Source: Promethearchaeota archaeon
GTDB taxonomy: Archaea > Asgardarchaeota > Lokiarchaeia > Sigyniarchaeales > SOKP01
DNA: 50,103 nucleotides
NCBI GenBank assembly: GCA_016926735.1
Contig: JAFGOA010000105.1
Location: forward strand, 1 to 50,103
Direction: 5' to 3'
Shown piece after piece: positions 28,179-38,055 of the stretch. Position 1 is the stretch's first letter; each line of letters starts with the position of its first letter. A program made the position numbers and the translations under genes. A model generated the notes under the pieces. That model searched no databases. It was not told the DNA's origin and was given only the letters and a program-made list of their open reading frames with translations.

Positions 28179-30539
28179 ATGAAAAAAATTATAATTATAG
28201 GTGGTGTAGCAGGAGGAGCTACAGCAGCAGCACGGTTGAGAAGATTAAGAGAAGATTTTGAAATAATTATTTTAGAAAGGGGGCATTTTGTTTCTTTTGC
28301 AAATTGTGGACTCCCATATTATATTGGAAAGGTCATTAAAGACCAATCTCAATTAGAATTAATGACTCCAGAGGAATTTTTTCAAAGGTTTAATATAGAT
28401 GTAAGAATTCAACATGAAGCTATTAAGATTGATAGAGAAAATAAAAATATAACAATTAAAAATAAAATAATTGGTAAAGAGTATGTTTTAGATTATGATT
28501 ATATCATTCTTTCACCAGGAGCAAGTCCAATTATCCCTAATTTTAAAGGATTAGATAGTGTACCAACATTTACATTAAGAACAATCCCAGATTCTGTCAA
28601 AATTAGAAATTATATCAAAGAAAATCAAGTAAAACATGCAACAATTATTGGAGGAGGATATATTGGTCTAGAAATGGCTGAGAATCTGCATAATCATGGT
28701 ATTAAAGTTAAGATCGTAGAAATGCTAGAACAAGTATTAGCTCCAATAGATAGGGAAATGGCTCAATTTATACATCAAGAATTGATTTTAAACGGTATTT
28801 GTTTACAATTAGGAGATGCGGTTGATTTTTTTCAATGTGAAAATCAATGTAATTATGTTATTCCCAGAAGTGGTAATAAGATAAAAACAGATATAATAAT
28901 ATTAGCAATAGGAGTAAAACCTGAAAATAATCTTGCAAAAAATACTGATCTTCAATTAGGTGAGCGTGGTCATATAATTGTAAATCATAATATGCAAACA
29001 TCAGATCCTTCTATATATGCCATTGGTGATGTAGTTCAAGTCAAAAATTTTATTGATAAAAAACCAGTAGCAATTCCTTTAGCCGGTCCTGCAAATAAGC
29101 AGGGAAGAATTGCTGCTGATAACATTGCCGGACGAAAATCAAAATATAAGGGAATTCTTGGAACATCAGTGCTAAAGATATTTGATTTAACTGTAGCATT
29201 TGTGGGATTAAATGAAAAACAAATAAAAAGTACTAATATTCAATACGATAAAGTGTATATTCATCCAAATAATCATGCAGAATATTATCCAAGAGCAATT
29301 CCTATAAGTATAAAATTACTATTTGAAATCCCAAGTGGTAAAATTTTAGGAGCCCAAGCAATTGGAGGTCCTGGAGCAGAAAAAAGAATAGATATCATTT
29401 CAACCGTTATACATTTTGGGGGAACTGTATTTGATTTAGAAGATTTGGAATTATCTTATGCACCACCTTATGGTTCTGCAAAAGATCCTGTTAATATGGT
29501 AGGATATGTAGCATCAAACGTAATTAAAGGAGACCATCCTATATGGCATTGGAATATGGAAGATGTAATTAAATCTTCGGAAAATATAATTCTCGATGTG
29601 AGAACATCTGAGGAATTTCAAGTTGGTACAATTAAAGGAGCAATAAATATTAGTGATTTAGAATTAAGAGATAGATATAAAGAAATTCCACCAAATAAAA
29701 ATATTTATGTATTTTGTGAAGTAGGTTTTAGAGGATATTTAGCTACAAAATTTCTAATGCAAAAAGGGTATAATATAAAAAATCTAACTGGAGGGTATAA
29801 ATTATATAAAACTGCAAGAGCAACTATAGAAGAAATCGCTCAAGAATGTGGTACATCTGAAGAATATATAACCCAAATGATAGAAAATAAATCTTCTATT
29901 AGTGATGATTATGTTATAATAGATGCATCTGGGCTCCCTTGTCCAGGTCCTTTAAATTCTATGATTAGAGCATTAGAAAACTTACCAAATAACAAGAAGT
30001 TAATGATATATGCAACCGATCCTGGATTTAAATCAAGTGTCGAAGCATATGTACAACTAAATAATAAAGTCAAACTTCTTTTTATAGGGAAGGAAGAAGG
30101 AAAAATGGTAGTTAAATTGGAAAAATCCGATTCATCAATCGAAGATGTTAAAAGTCCTATTCAAATTAAAAAGAAAACTCGAAAAGAATTAAGGGAAAAA
30201 AAGGCTGCACCTATATCAGAAATTAGTGTTGATGAGCTTTATAATAGATTAGACACAGAAGATTCTCCAAAAACATTAGTAGATGTACGAACTCCGCAGG
30301 AGTTTTATGCTTCAGGTGGCCATATTAAAGGAAGTCAATTACTTCCATTAGGAGATTTAATTACAAATTTAGATCAATTAGAACGATATAAAAATGATGA
30401 GGTTGTTATTATTTGTCATAGTGGATCACGTTCAATGATGGCGGCTCAACTCTTAGAAAGAACTGGATTCAAGGATATAAGAAATCTAACTGGTGGTATG
30501 TTAAATTGGCATAAAAAAGGATTCCCAACAGAAAAATAA
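28179..30539 (+). CDS. CoA-disulfide/persulfide reductase fused to rhodanese, TusA and a second rhodanese
   Basis: GGVAGG, SFANCGLPY, YAPPY; rhodanese CEVGFR; TusA DASGLPCPGP; rhodanese CHSGSRS. Confidence 0.92.
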   Translation: MKKIIIIGGVAGGATAAARLRRLREDFEIIILERGHFVSFANCGLPYYIGKVIKDQSQLELMTPEEFFQRFNIDVRIQHEAIKIDRENKNITIKNKIIGKEYVLDYDYIILSPGASPIIPNFKGLDSVPTFTLRTIPDSVKIRNYIKENQVKHATIIGGGYIGLEMAENLHNHGIKVKIVEMLEQVLAPIDREMAQFIHQELILNGICLQLGDAVDFFQCENQCNYVIPRSGNKIKTDIIILAIGVKPENNLAKNTDLQLGERGHIIVNHNMQTSDPSIYAIGDVVQVKNFIDKKPVAIPLAGPANKQGRIAADNIAGRKSKYKGILGTSVLKIFDLTVAFVGLNEKQIKSTNIQYDKVYIHPNNHAEYYPRAIPISIKLLFEIPSGKILGAQAIGGPGAEKRIDIISTVIHFGGTVFDLEDLELSYAPPYGSAKDPVNMVGYVASNVIKGDHPIWHWNMEDVIKSSENIILDVRTSEEFQVGTIKGAINISDLELRDRYKEIPPNKNIYVFCEVGFRGYLATKFLMQKGYNIKNLTGGYKLYKTARATIEEIAQECGTSEEYITQMIENKSSISDDYVIIDASGLPCPGPLNSMIRALENLPNNKKLMIYATDPGFKSSVEAYVQLNNKVKLLFIGKEEGKMVVKLEKSDSSIEDVKSPIQIKKKTRKELREKKAAPISEISVDELYNRLDTEDSPKTLVDVRTPQEFYASGGHIKGSQLLPLGDLITNLDQLERYKNDEVVIICHSGSRSMMAAQLLERTGFKDIRNLTGGMLNWHKKGFPTEK

Positions 30540-30639
30540 TATTTATTTTCCAATATTTTAGCTTAAAAGAGTAATTATTAAATATTAATACAACTTGATT
30601 TGAAATAATATGTCAATTAAATATAAAAGATAGAATAAT

Positions 30640-31029
30640 ATGAAACAAAAAGAAATTTATAAATGCAACGTATGTGGTAAAGTGATAGAGATTCTGAATC
30701 CGGGTGCTAAAAAAACCATTTGTTGTGGTCAAGAAATGGAATTACAAGAAGGCCAAACAGCAGATTGGCAAGGGGAAAAACATGTTCCTAAAATTTCAAT
30801 TGATGGAAATACTGTTACTGTAGATATTGGAATTTCAATGGGAACACCACATCCTATGACAAAAGAGCATTGGATTATGTGGATCGAGATTATATGCAAA
30901 AATGATTGTTATAAACGAAAATTCCTAAATCCGGGGGATGAACCAAAAGCAACATTTGTTGTAAAGGACACAGAAGGAATAACTGCTCGAGAATATTGTA
31001 ATCTACATGGATTGTGGATTTCAAGTTAA
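30640..31029 (+). CDS. dfx: desulfoferrodoxin (2Fe superoxide reductase)
   Basis: YKCNVCG...CCGQEM; EKHVP, HPM..EHWI, YCNLHG. Confidence 0.95.
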   Translation: MKQKEIYKCNVCGKVIEILNPGAKKTICCGQEMELQEGQTADWQGEKHVPKISIDGNTVTVDIGISMGTPHPMTKEHWIMWIEIICKNDCYKRKFLNPGDEPKATFVVKDTEGITAREYCNLHGLWISS

Positions 31030-31176
31030 AATTAGTCTTTTTTTATTTTCTTTTATTTTCTTATATTTTAAGATTCAACTAATGAAAATTATTGATATAT
31101 CTTAATGTTGAGACTTGATTAAGATTAATTTAAAATAAAATAAAATCTAGTATTTTATCAAATAAAAAAAAAGGAA

Positions 31177-31476
31177 GTGATTAAAATTACTTTAGGAATG
31201 ATACCTATAGATCTAAAAAAAATTAAAAATACTAATTTAGAAAAACAAATATTAAGAACTGGTATTTTAGCAGAATTAGATGCTATCAATTTATATGAAC
31301 AAATGGCAGATATGACTGAAAATAAGATAATTAAACAACTATTATTAGATATTGCTAAAGAAGAAAAAACTCATGTAGGAGAGTTCCAATATTTGTTATT
31401 AGATATGGATAAACAACAAAAAAATGAATTAAAAGAAGGAGAAGAAGAAGTTAAAGAGTTAATGGAAAAACAATAA
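31177..31476 (+). CDS. small ferritin-like protein (encapsulated-ferritin/rubrerythrin half type)
   Basis: ELDAINLYEQ and EEKTHVGEF diiron motifs. Confidence 0.88.
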   Translation: MIKITLGMIPIDLKKIKNTNLEKQILRTGILAELDAINLYEQMADMTENKIIKQLLLDIAKEEKTHVGEFQYLLLDMDKQQKNELKEGEEEVKELMEKQ

Positions 31477-31508
31477 ATAATTCTAAAATTCGGTTCATAA
31501 AATGTATC

Positions 31509-32057
31509 ATGATGCAAAAAAAAGCGATTATATTAGATCGGGACGGTACATTAAATGAAGATCAAGGATATATACATAAAATCGAGGATTTTAAGTTATT
31601 ACCTGGAGTGATTGAGGGTTTAAATTTAGTAAAAGATAAATTTCTATTTTTTATTATAAGCAATCAATCTGGTATAGGTCGAGGATTTTATACTGTTGAT
31701 GATTTTTGGAAATTTAATAATCATCTAATTTCTAAATTAAAACAAAATAATATAAAAATCGAAAAAACCTATTTTTGTCCTCACAAAATTGAAATTAATT
31801 GTGATTGTAGAAAACCAAAATTAAAATTTATTAAAGATATTGTATCCGAATATAAAATAAATCTTAAAGAATCGTGGGTTATAGGAGATCATCCATCTGA
31901 TGCACAACTTGGAATTAATAGTGGATCTAAATCTATTTATCTTTTAACAGGTCATGGTAAGAGTCATTTAAAGGATCTTAACAAAAAAGAGATAGAACCT
32001 ACTTTTATTGCTAAAGATTTTTTAACAGCGATGAAGTATATCCTTTCAAATTTATAA
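31509..32057 (+). CDS. gmhB: HAD IIIA phosphatase (GmhB/HisB-N-like)
   Basis: LDRDGT, SNQSG, CPH...CDCRKP, IGD..SD. Confidence 0.85.
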   Translation: MMQKKAIILDRDGTLNEDQGYIHKIEDFKLLPGVIEGLNLVKDKFLFFIISNQSGIGRGFYTVDDFWKFNNHLISKLKQNNIKIEKTYFCPHKIEINCDCRKPKLKFIKDIVSEYKINLKESWVIGDHPSDAQLGINSGSKSIYLLTGHGKSHLKDLNKKEIEPTFIAKDFLTAMKYILSNL

Positions 32058-32156
32058 TTCAAAACTCTTTTTTTATTCATATTAATAAGAATTTTATATT
32101 TATACCATCATCACTATTATAATTTAAATTACGGTATATTTGAAGGGTGTTAAAGA

Positions 32157-32615
32157 ATATTTTACAGAAAATTAAATAATGCGGATTTATGGAATAAAAT
32201 AAAGAAGATTAGAAATCTAATTCAAGCATCAAAAGAATTTAAAAAAAGAACTTGTTGGCAATGTGGTAAAGATCTTAATATATATGATTTTCTAAGTGAT
32301 AATTTAGAATATACTGCTGAAGAAATATTTATTATGTGGCAAAATAATATTCTTGAATTTCATTGTTGTGGGTGTTTTAAATCACTAAAAATAAAAGAAA
32401 TTCAGGACATAGAGAGGATAATGAAAACTCAAAGTTGTTCTTATTGTAATCGGGACATTTCTCTTTTTGAATTTAGCAATAAAAATAATTATCTTAAAAT
32501 TCACGAATTAAAAGATATATGGATAGATAAAAGGAGAAATATTTTTTGTAATCCTATCTGTCGTAGAAAATATAATAATGAATTAAAAAATAATTTTATT
32601 TTTTTAAATAAATGA
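32157..32615 (+). CDS. duplicated zinc-ribbon hypothetical protein, probable ATA start
   Basis: Frame is open 60 codons upstream of the ATG at 32334 and encodes CWQCG; two internal repeats CxxC...W....C(x)2-3C; GGTG 7 nt before the ATA. Confidence 0.7.
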   Translation: MFYRKLNNADLWNKIKKIRNLIQASKEFKKRTCWQCGKDLNIYDFLSDNLEYTAEEIFIMWQNNILEFHCCGCFKSLKIKEIQDIERIMKTQSCSYCNRDISLFEFSNKNNYLKIHELKDIWIDKRRNIFCNPICRRKYNNELKNNFIFLNK

Positions 32616-32654
32616 GCTAAAAAATAAAAAAATTCCTTGTATTTTAAAATTTAG

Positions 32655-33896
32655 TTAATAATTTTCATCCTTTTTTTTCGATGGTATATTTTTTACTTGG
32701 GAAGCAAGTTCCCTTCCAAGTTCTTCTCCTTTTTTAAGCTCTTCAGACGTAGGATGTCCTTTAAATGTAAGAGGATTTAATGTATCCCATTTCATTTTTT
32801 CAGATAATGATTCAAAATCTTTTAAAGCACCACCACTCCATCCATAAGAACCAAAGAAAGCTACCTTTTTATACCATAAATGTTTTTTTTGAAATAATTC
32901 CAAATTGTATTTCATAGGGGGAAACATTCCATATTCATAAGTTGGAGCCCCAATTACTAATCCAGCAGATTTGTATGCATCAGAAAGAACAAAAGAAGGA
33001 TCAACATTTGGAACTCTATGCACATAAACAGGGACTTTTTCCATAGCAATACCTTTTAAAACAGCATTTAGCATTATTTCAGTATTTCCATACATACTAC
33101 CCCATACAACACATATCTCAGGTTCTGCAAAATCTTTATTATAATTTGCATATCTTAAATATTTATTAATAACAGCCTTAGGATTACCCCGCCATACTAA
33201 TCCATGTGAAGGAGCAATCATTTTTATATCTACCCCCGATAAGGAGTCAATAGCTTTTAAAACCATAGGAGAAAATGTAGCTACAATGTTTGCATAATAA
33301 CGTAGCATCTCGTCTTCCCAATATTGCTTATTTATATCAGGTGTTTGATCATCAAAAAGACATCCTTTATGAACTCCAAATGACCCAAAAGCATCACTCG
33401 AAAAAAGAATTTTAGAATCTTCTTCATATGTTACCATTGTTTCTGGCCAATGGACATTTGGAATTTCCGTGAATTTTAGTTTTTTTCCCTTACCGAGATC
33501 AAGTTCATCTCCAGTTTTAACAACCTGAATATTATCCTTAATTCCAAAGAATCCCTCAACTAAGGCAGCACCTTTTTGAGTTGTTATAATTTTTACATCT
33601 GGTGCAAGTAATTTTAGCATATAAGTAAACCCCGTGTGATCAGGTTCGAGATGATTTAAAACAATATAATCAATATCTTTAAAACTAATTGAAAGGGACT
33701 CTAAATTATTTATAAGTGTTTGAGCTGCCCCACCCCACTCTCGGACTAATTCTATTAAGGCAATTTTCTCACCTTTAACAACATAAGCATTTAAGGCAAC
33801 TCCCTTTGGAATAGGCCAAATTCCCTCAAATAAATCTTCAGTATGAATATTTGCTCCAATCCAATAAATATCTTTACTTAATTCTATTATTGTTAT
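32655..33896 (-). CDS. fprA: flavodiiron protein FprA (O2/NO reductase), probable ATA start
   Basis: 92 extra in-frame codons upstream of 33620 encode IYWIG, FEGIWPIP.G, NHLEPDH; also HWPE, SDAFG, PSHG, SMYGNT, GSYGWSGG. Confidence 0.93.
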   Translation of the reverse strand: MTIIELSKDIYWIGANIHTEDLFEGIWPIPKGVALNAYVVKGEKIALIELVREWGGAAQTLINNLESLSISFKDIDYIVLNHLEPDHTGFTYMLKLLAPDVKIITTQKGAALVEGFFGIKDNIQVVKTGDELDLGKGKKLKFTEIPNVHWPETMVTYEEDSKILFSSDAFGSFGVHKGCLFDDQTPDINKQYWEDEMLRYYANIVATFSPMVLKAIDSLSGVDIKMIAPSHGLVWRGNPKAVINKYLRYANYNKDFAEPEICVVWGSMYGNTEIMLNAVLKGIAMEKVPVYVHRVPNVDPSFVLSDAYKSAGLVIGAPTYEYGMFPPMKYNLELFQKKHLWYKKVAFFGSYGWSGGALKDFESLSEKMKWDTLNPLTFKGHPTSEELKKGEELGRELASQVKNIPSKKKDENY

Positions 33897-34179
33897 TTTT
33901 AGACACCTTTAGGAAAATTATTACAGTATTTATTCTATTTATTTATTTTAAATTAAATATTTAGTGTATATGAAATATAAACTTCATTTTATTGAAAATT
34001 ATATAGTTTATAGATATTTTATATTATTAACAGGTTATGTTAATATACGAATGTATTTGAAATTTAAATTGTTTGTAATTGATAATGACTTAAATTTAGC
34101 GATTGTATAAAATATTTAAAAGATATTTCTTACTAGAAAAAATTTAAAATAAAAGAAAAAGATTTATGAATAAAATATA

Positions 34180-34317
34180 TTATTCTATTTTTTCAAACAT
34201 GTCCTTTCCTACACCACATACAGGACATAACCAAGAATCAGGTAATTTTTCAAAGGGAGTTCCCTCATCTTCTTCATCATAAATATATCCACATGCAGTG
34301 CATTCCCATTTTGCCAT
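34180..34317 (-). CDS. rubredoxin (45 aa, absent from the ORF track)
   Basis: [45 protein letters not shown]; RBS GAGGT. Confidence 0.95.
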   Translation of the reverse strand: MAKWECTACGYIYDEEDEGTPFEKLPDSWLCPVCGVGKDMFEKIE

Positions 34318-34480
34318 ATTTTAAACCTCAATTCTTATTTTTTTTCTATTATTTAATTAGAAAAAGTTTGAGTAATTTTAAAATTATTAAGATTATATTT
34401 TATAAAACCTAATAATACTTATAACATTAATCTTATATTTTTAAAAATTTGGATTTATATTTGATTGTTAAGTTCTTTAT

Positions 34481-35836
34481 TTAATTAAGATTTTTATTTT
34501 TATATTCACTTTTAGAGGCCCCACAAACACATTTCCAATCTTTAGGTAAATCTTTGAAAAGAATTTCTTCTTTTGCTTCGTCGTATATATTTCCACATAT
34601 TTGACAAATCCATTCATATAGGTTGATTGCTTTTCTAAGTTCTTTATCTTCAACTTCCTTTTCGATATTCTTGTTAATATAAGGAATAGCATTTTTTTCT
34701 CCAAAAAGTATTGCACCTTTCAATTTATTATCTTTTAAAATAATTTTTTTATAACAATTACTTTTTTCATCGATATTTTTTAATATTTGCCAACCTGCAC
34801 CGATTAGATCTTTATCTTCAGGATCAAATATTCCAATTGAAGTTAGATCAATTCCTATAATTTTAAGTGTATTTTTAGGAATAGTCCCCTTATATTTTAC
34901 ATTTTTATTACCTAAAATAGAAGAAGCAACGATATTTGCTTGGTCAATACAAGCAGGAATTATTCCCCAAATTTGATTATTATATTCAATGCAATCGCCA
35001 ACAGCATAAATATCTTTTTGATTTGTTTCTAAATATTCATTTACAATAATTCCACGATTTGTATTTAATTCTGCTGATTTTGCTAGATCTATAGTTGGTG
35101 TAATCCCAGCTTGAATTAAAATCATATCTGCTTCAATTTGGCGTCCATCTTTAATTTTTATACCTTTAATAGAATTATTATCATTTAAAAGAATCTCCTC
35201 TGTCGTGGCGTTTAACTCAACTTTAATTCCAAGATTTTCAATTATTTCTCTTAACATTCCACCACAATCTATATCTAACTGCCGAGGTAACAATCTTGGA
35301 AAGAATTCAACAACAGTTGTATTTAAATTATAATCTTTAATTTGTTTTGCTAATTCCAATCCAAGTAATCCTCCTCCAATAATAACTACCTTTTTAATAC
35401 TATTATTTTTGATAAATTCTTGTATTTCTATAGCATTATCAATATTTCGAAGAGTGAAAACGCCATTTCCTAACATTTGATTTGCATTTTTAATAGATGG
35501 GATACTTGGCATACTTCCCGTAGCCAGAACAAGTTTATCATATGGAACTTTCTCTGTTTCACCCTTAATAATTAATTTTTTATTAATATGATCTATTTTT
35601 TCAACCTTTTTATTTAGAAAGGATTTAATATTATTTGATTTATACCAATCATCTTTAAAAATTATAAGATCATTAAAATTAAGCTTTTCATTAATTAATT
35701 CGGGAAGTTTTATCCGAGAATAGTATGGATAATTCTCTTGAGCATATATAATAATTTCTAAGTCTTTATCCAATGCACGTAAGTTCTTTGCAGTAAAGGT
35801 TCCAGCAATTCCATTCCCAATAATAACAATTCTCAT
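34481..35836 (-). CDS. NAD(P)H:rubredoxin oxidoreductase with fused C-terminal rubredoxin
   Basis: Start MRIVIIGNGIAG; GGGLLGLE; YAVGDC; tail WICQICGNIYD...LPKDWKCVCG. Confidence 0.88.
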   Translation of the reverse strand: MRIVIIGNGIAGTFTAKNLRALDKDLEIIIYAQENYPYYSRIKLPELINEKLNFNDLIIFKDDWYKSNNIKSFLNKKVEKIDHINKKLIIKGETEKVPYDKLVLATGSMPSIPSIKNANQMLGNGVFTLRNIDNAIEIQEFIKNNSIKKVVIIGGGLLGLELAKQIKDYNLNTTVVEFFPRLLPRQLDIDCGGMLREIIENLGIKVELNATTEEILLNDNNSIKGIKIKDGRQIEADMILIQAGITPTIDLAKSAELNTNRGIIVNEYLETNQKDIYAVGDCIEYNNQIWGIIPACIDQANIVASSILGNKNVKYKGTIPKNTLKIIGIDLTSIGIFDPEDKDLIGAGWQILKNIDEKSNCYKKIILKDNKLKGAILFGEKNAIPYINKNIEKEVEDKELRKAINLYEWICQICGNIYDEAKEEILFKDLPKDWKCVCGASKSEYKNKNLN

Positions 35837-36006
35837 ATTTCTATTTGGTCTTTTATAATATTTTAAGATTTTGATTATAGAAAAGAAGAGAATATAGATA
35901 AGATATATATAGTTGAAATAGGCCTTCAAATCTAATTATATCATAATTATAAAATAAACATAATTTTTGCTTTTATATTATTTATGGAAGAAAAATATGA
36001 TATTTT

Positions 36007-36016
36007 GAACATGTTC
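36007..36016. promoter_or_regulatory. candidate operator GAACATGTTC
   Basis: Perfect palindrome upstream of cooS; AACATGTTC recurs at 38047. Confidence 0.5.
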
Positions 36017-36127
36017 TGATTAATTAATATATAATCTAAAAGATTCTATTTTCTATAATTTAAAAAAAATATATTTTTTAATTCGAAATAATAAATTAAA
36101 AATTAACAAGGAATAATTGAAATAATC

Positions 36128-38032
36128 ATGGAAAAAGAAAGAATTTCTCATCATAAATCTGTACAAAAGATTTATGAAAGAATTAAAAAAGATAATATGA
36201 ACAATATTTGGGACCGTTATGAAGCACAAGGGATGGGTGGAGATCCTGATAAACGATGTCCATTTTGTTTAAAAGGTGCCAGATGTGATTTATGCTCTAA
36301 TGGTCCCTGTAGAGCAGACTCATCTATCGACAAACGGGGCGTATGTGGGATAACAGCAGATGGTATGGCTATGCGTATGATGCTTCTTAGAAATGTGATG
36401 GGAGCTTCAACATATCATTATCATACTGAAATGACTTTAAAAACCCTTAAGGCTACGATTAATGGAGAAACTCCATTTAAAATTAGTGACCCAGATAAAT
36501 TAAAAACTTTTGCGAATCGCCTTGGAATTAACACAAGTGGAAATGATAAAGAGATAGCACACAGATTATATAATTTTGTTCAAGAGGATTTTAAACGTTC
36601 TATTGATGAAATGAGCATTATAGTAGAATTGTTAGCACCAGAAGAAAGAAAAACGTTATGGAAAAAGCTAGGAATCTTTCCTGGAGGCATATATGGAGAG
36701 ATGATGTTATCTACAAGTTCCTGCTTAACAAATGTTGATGGAGATTATGTAAGTCTTGCTTTAAAGGCAATGCGTCTGGGGATTGCAATGGCATATCAAA
36801 GTCAAATAATAAATGAATATATTCAAGATATTCTATTTAATGTCCCTAAACCTCATAATTTCAGAGTTAATTTGGGAGTATTAGATCCTAACTATATTAA
36901 TATATTACCAAATGGACATGAACCATTCTTAGGTTTTGCGATGGTTCAATTAGCTCGTAAGCCAGAATGGCAGGAGAAAGCAAAATCTGTGGGAGCTAAA
37001 GGACTAAGAATTATCGCAAATATCGAAACCGGACAAGAAATGATCCAAAGATGGGAAATGGATGATGTTTTTTATGGATTTACTGGAAATTGGATCATGC
37101 AAGAAGCTGTATTAGCAAGTGGTTGTATTGATGTATTTGTTTGCGATATGAATTGTTCAATGCCTATAGATCCAAGATATTCAGAGAAATACAAATTTAA
37201 ATTAATTCCTGTTTCAGAATTAGTCTCATTTCAAGGGGTTAAAGAGCGATTGAATTATATCCCTAATAAAGCAGAAGAACAAGCTTCGAAATTATTACAA
37301 ATGGGAATTGATAATTTTAAAGAAAGACATGATAAAATAGAACCTATTATTGGATTAGATATGAATGAGGCAATGGTTGGTTTTTCTACAGAGAGTATAT
37401 TAGAAGCTTTAGGAGGAAAACTAGATCCATTATTAGATGCAATAAAAAAGGGTACTATACGAGGTGTTGCTGGTTTAGTTTCTTGTACAACATTACGAGA
37501 TTTTGGTCAAGATGTACATACAGTGAATATTGCAAAAGAATTAATTAAAAAAGATGTCTTAATACTTTCATTAGGTTGTGGTAATGGTGCTTTACAAGTC
37601 GCGGGATTATGTTCTCCAGAAGCGAAAAATTTAGCTGGACCAGGACTTAAAAATTTATGTGAAACACTTGGTGTTCCTCCTGTTTTAAGTTATGGAACGT
37701 GTACAGATACAGGACGATTGGCAGATTTAATTAATGCAATTTCGAGAGCATTAGGGGACGTTCCAATCCCAGATCTGCCTGTTATTGCAGCTGCTCCAGA
37801 ATATATGGAACAAAAAGCAACTATTGATGCAATTTTTGCTTTAGCATTTGGTCTTTATACATATGTTAATCCAATACCTACAGTTACAGGTGGTTCTGAT
37901 CTGGTTAAATTGCTTACAGTTGATTGTAAGGATATAACTGGAGGTATACTTCATGTGGAAATAGATGCAAAATTAGCTGTTGAAGCGATGTTGGATCATA
38001 TAGAGACTAATAGAAAAAAATTGGGAATTTAA
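36128..38032 (+). CDS. cooS: CooS (Ni-CODH/HCP superfamily), non-canonical CooS-V-like
   Basis: CPFC...CDLCSNGPC...VCG; GHEP, DMNC, SC, GC, GTCTD, EQKA; IET replaces the CCT ligand. Confidence 0.9.
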   Translation: MEKERISHHKSVQKIYERIKKDNMNNIWDRYEAQGMGGDPDKRCPFCLKGARCDLCSNGPCRADSSIDKRGVCGITADGMAMRMMLLRNVMGASTYHYHTEMTLKTLKATINGETPFKISDPDKLKTFANRLGINTSGNDKEIAHRLYNFVQEDFKRSIDEMSIIVELLAPEERKTLWKKLGIFPGGIYGEMMLSTSSCLTNVDGDYVSLALKAMRLGIAMAYQSQIINEYIQDILFNVPKPHNFRVNLGVLDPNYINILPNGHEPFLGFAMVQLARKPEWQEKAKSVGAKGLRIIANIETGQEMIQRWEMDDVFYGFTGNWIMQEAVLASGCIDVFVCDMNCSMPIDPRYSEKYKFKLIPVSELVSFQGVKERLNYIPNKAEEQASKLLQMGIDNFKERHDKIEPIIGLDMNEAMVGFSTESILEALGGKLDPLLDAIKKGTIRGVAGLVSCTTLRDFGQDVHTVNIAKELIKKDVLILSLGCGNGALQVAGLCSPEAKNLAGPGLKNLCETLGVPPVLSYGTCTDTGRLADLINAISRALGDVPIPDLPVIAAAPEYMEQKATIDAIFALAFGLYTYVNPIPTVTGGSDLVKLLTVDCKDITGGILHVEIDAKLAVEAMLDHIETNRKKLGI

Positions 38033-38046
38033 TTTTTTTTTTTTTT

Positions 38047-38055
38047 AACATGTTC
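38047..38055. promoter_or_regulatory. candidate operator AACATGTTC
   Basis: Second copy of the motif found upstream of cooS. Confidence 0.45.

Noticed and set aside
35837-35929. N-terminal 31 aa of ORF 34481..35929 (and similarly 39728..39781)
   Set aside because: Low-complexity extensions; the family N-termini begin at 35836 and 39782.
36128-38032. Wood-Ljungdahl/CO oxidation locus
   Set aside because: Altered C-cluster ligand and no acs/cdh/cooC genes in the window.
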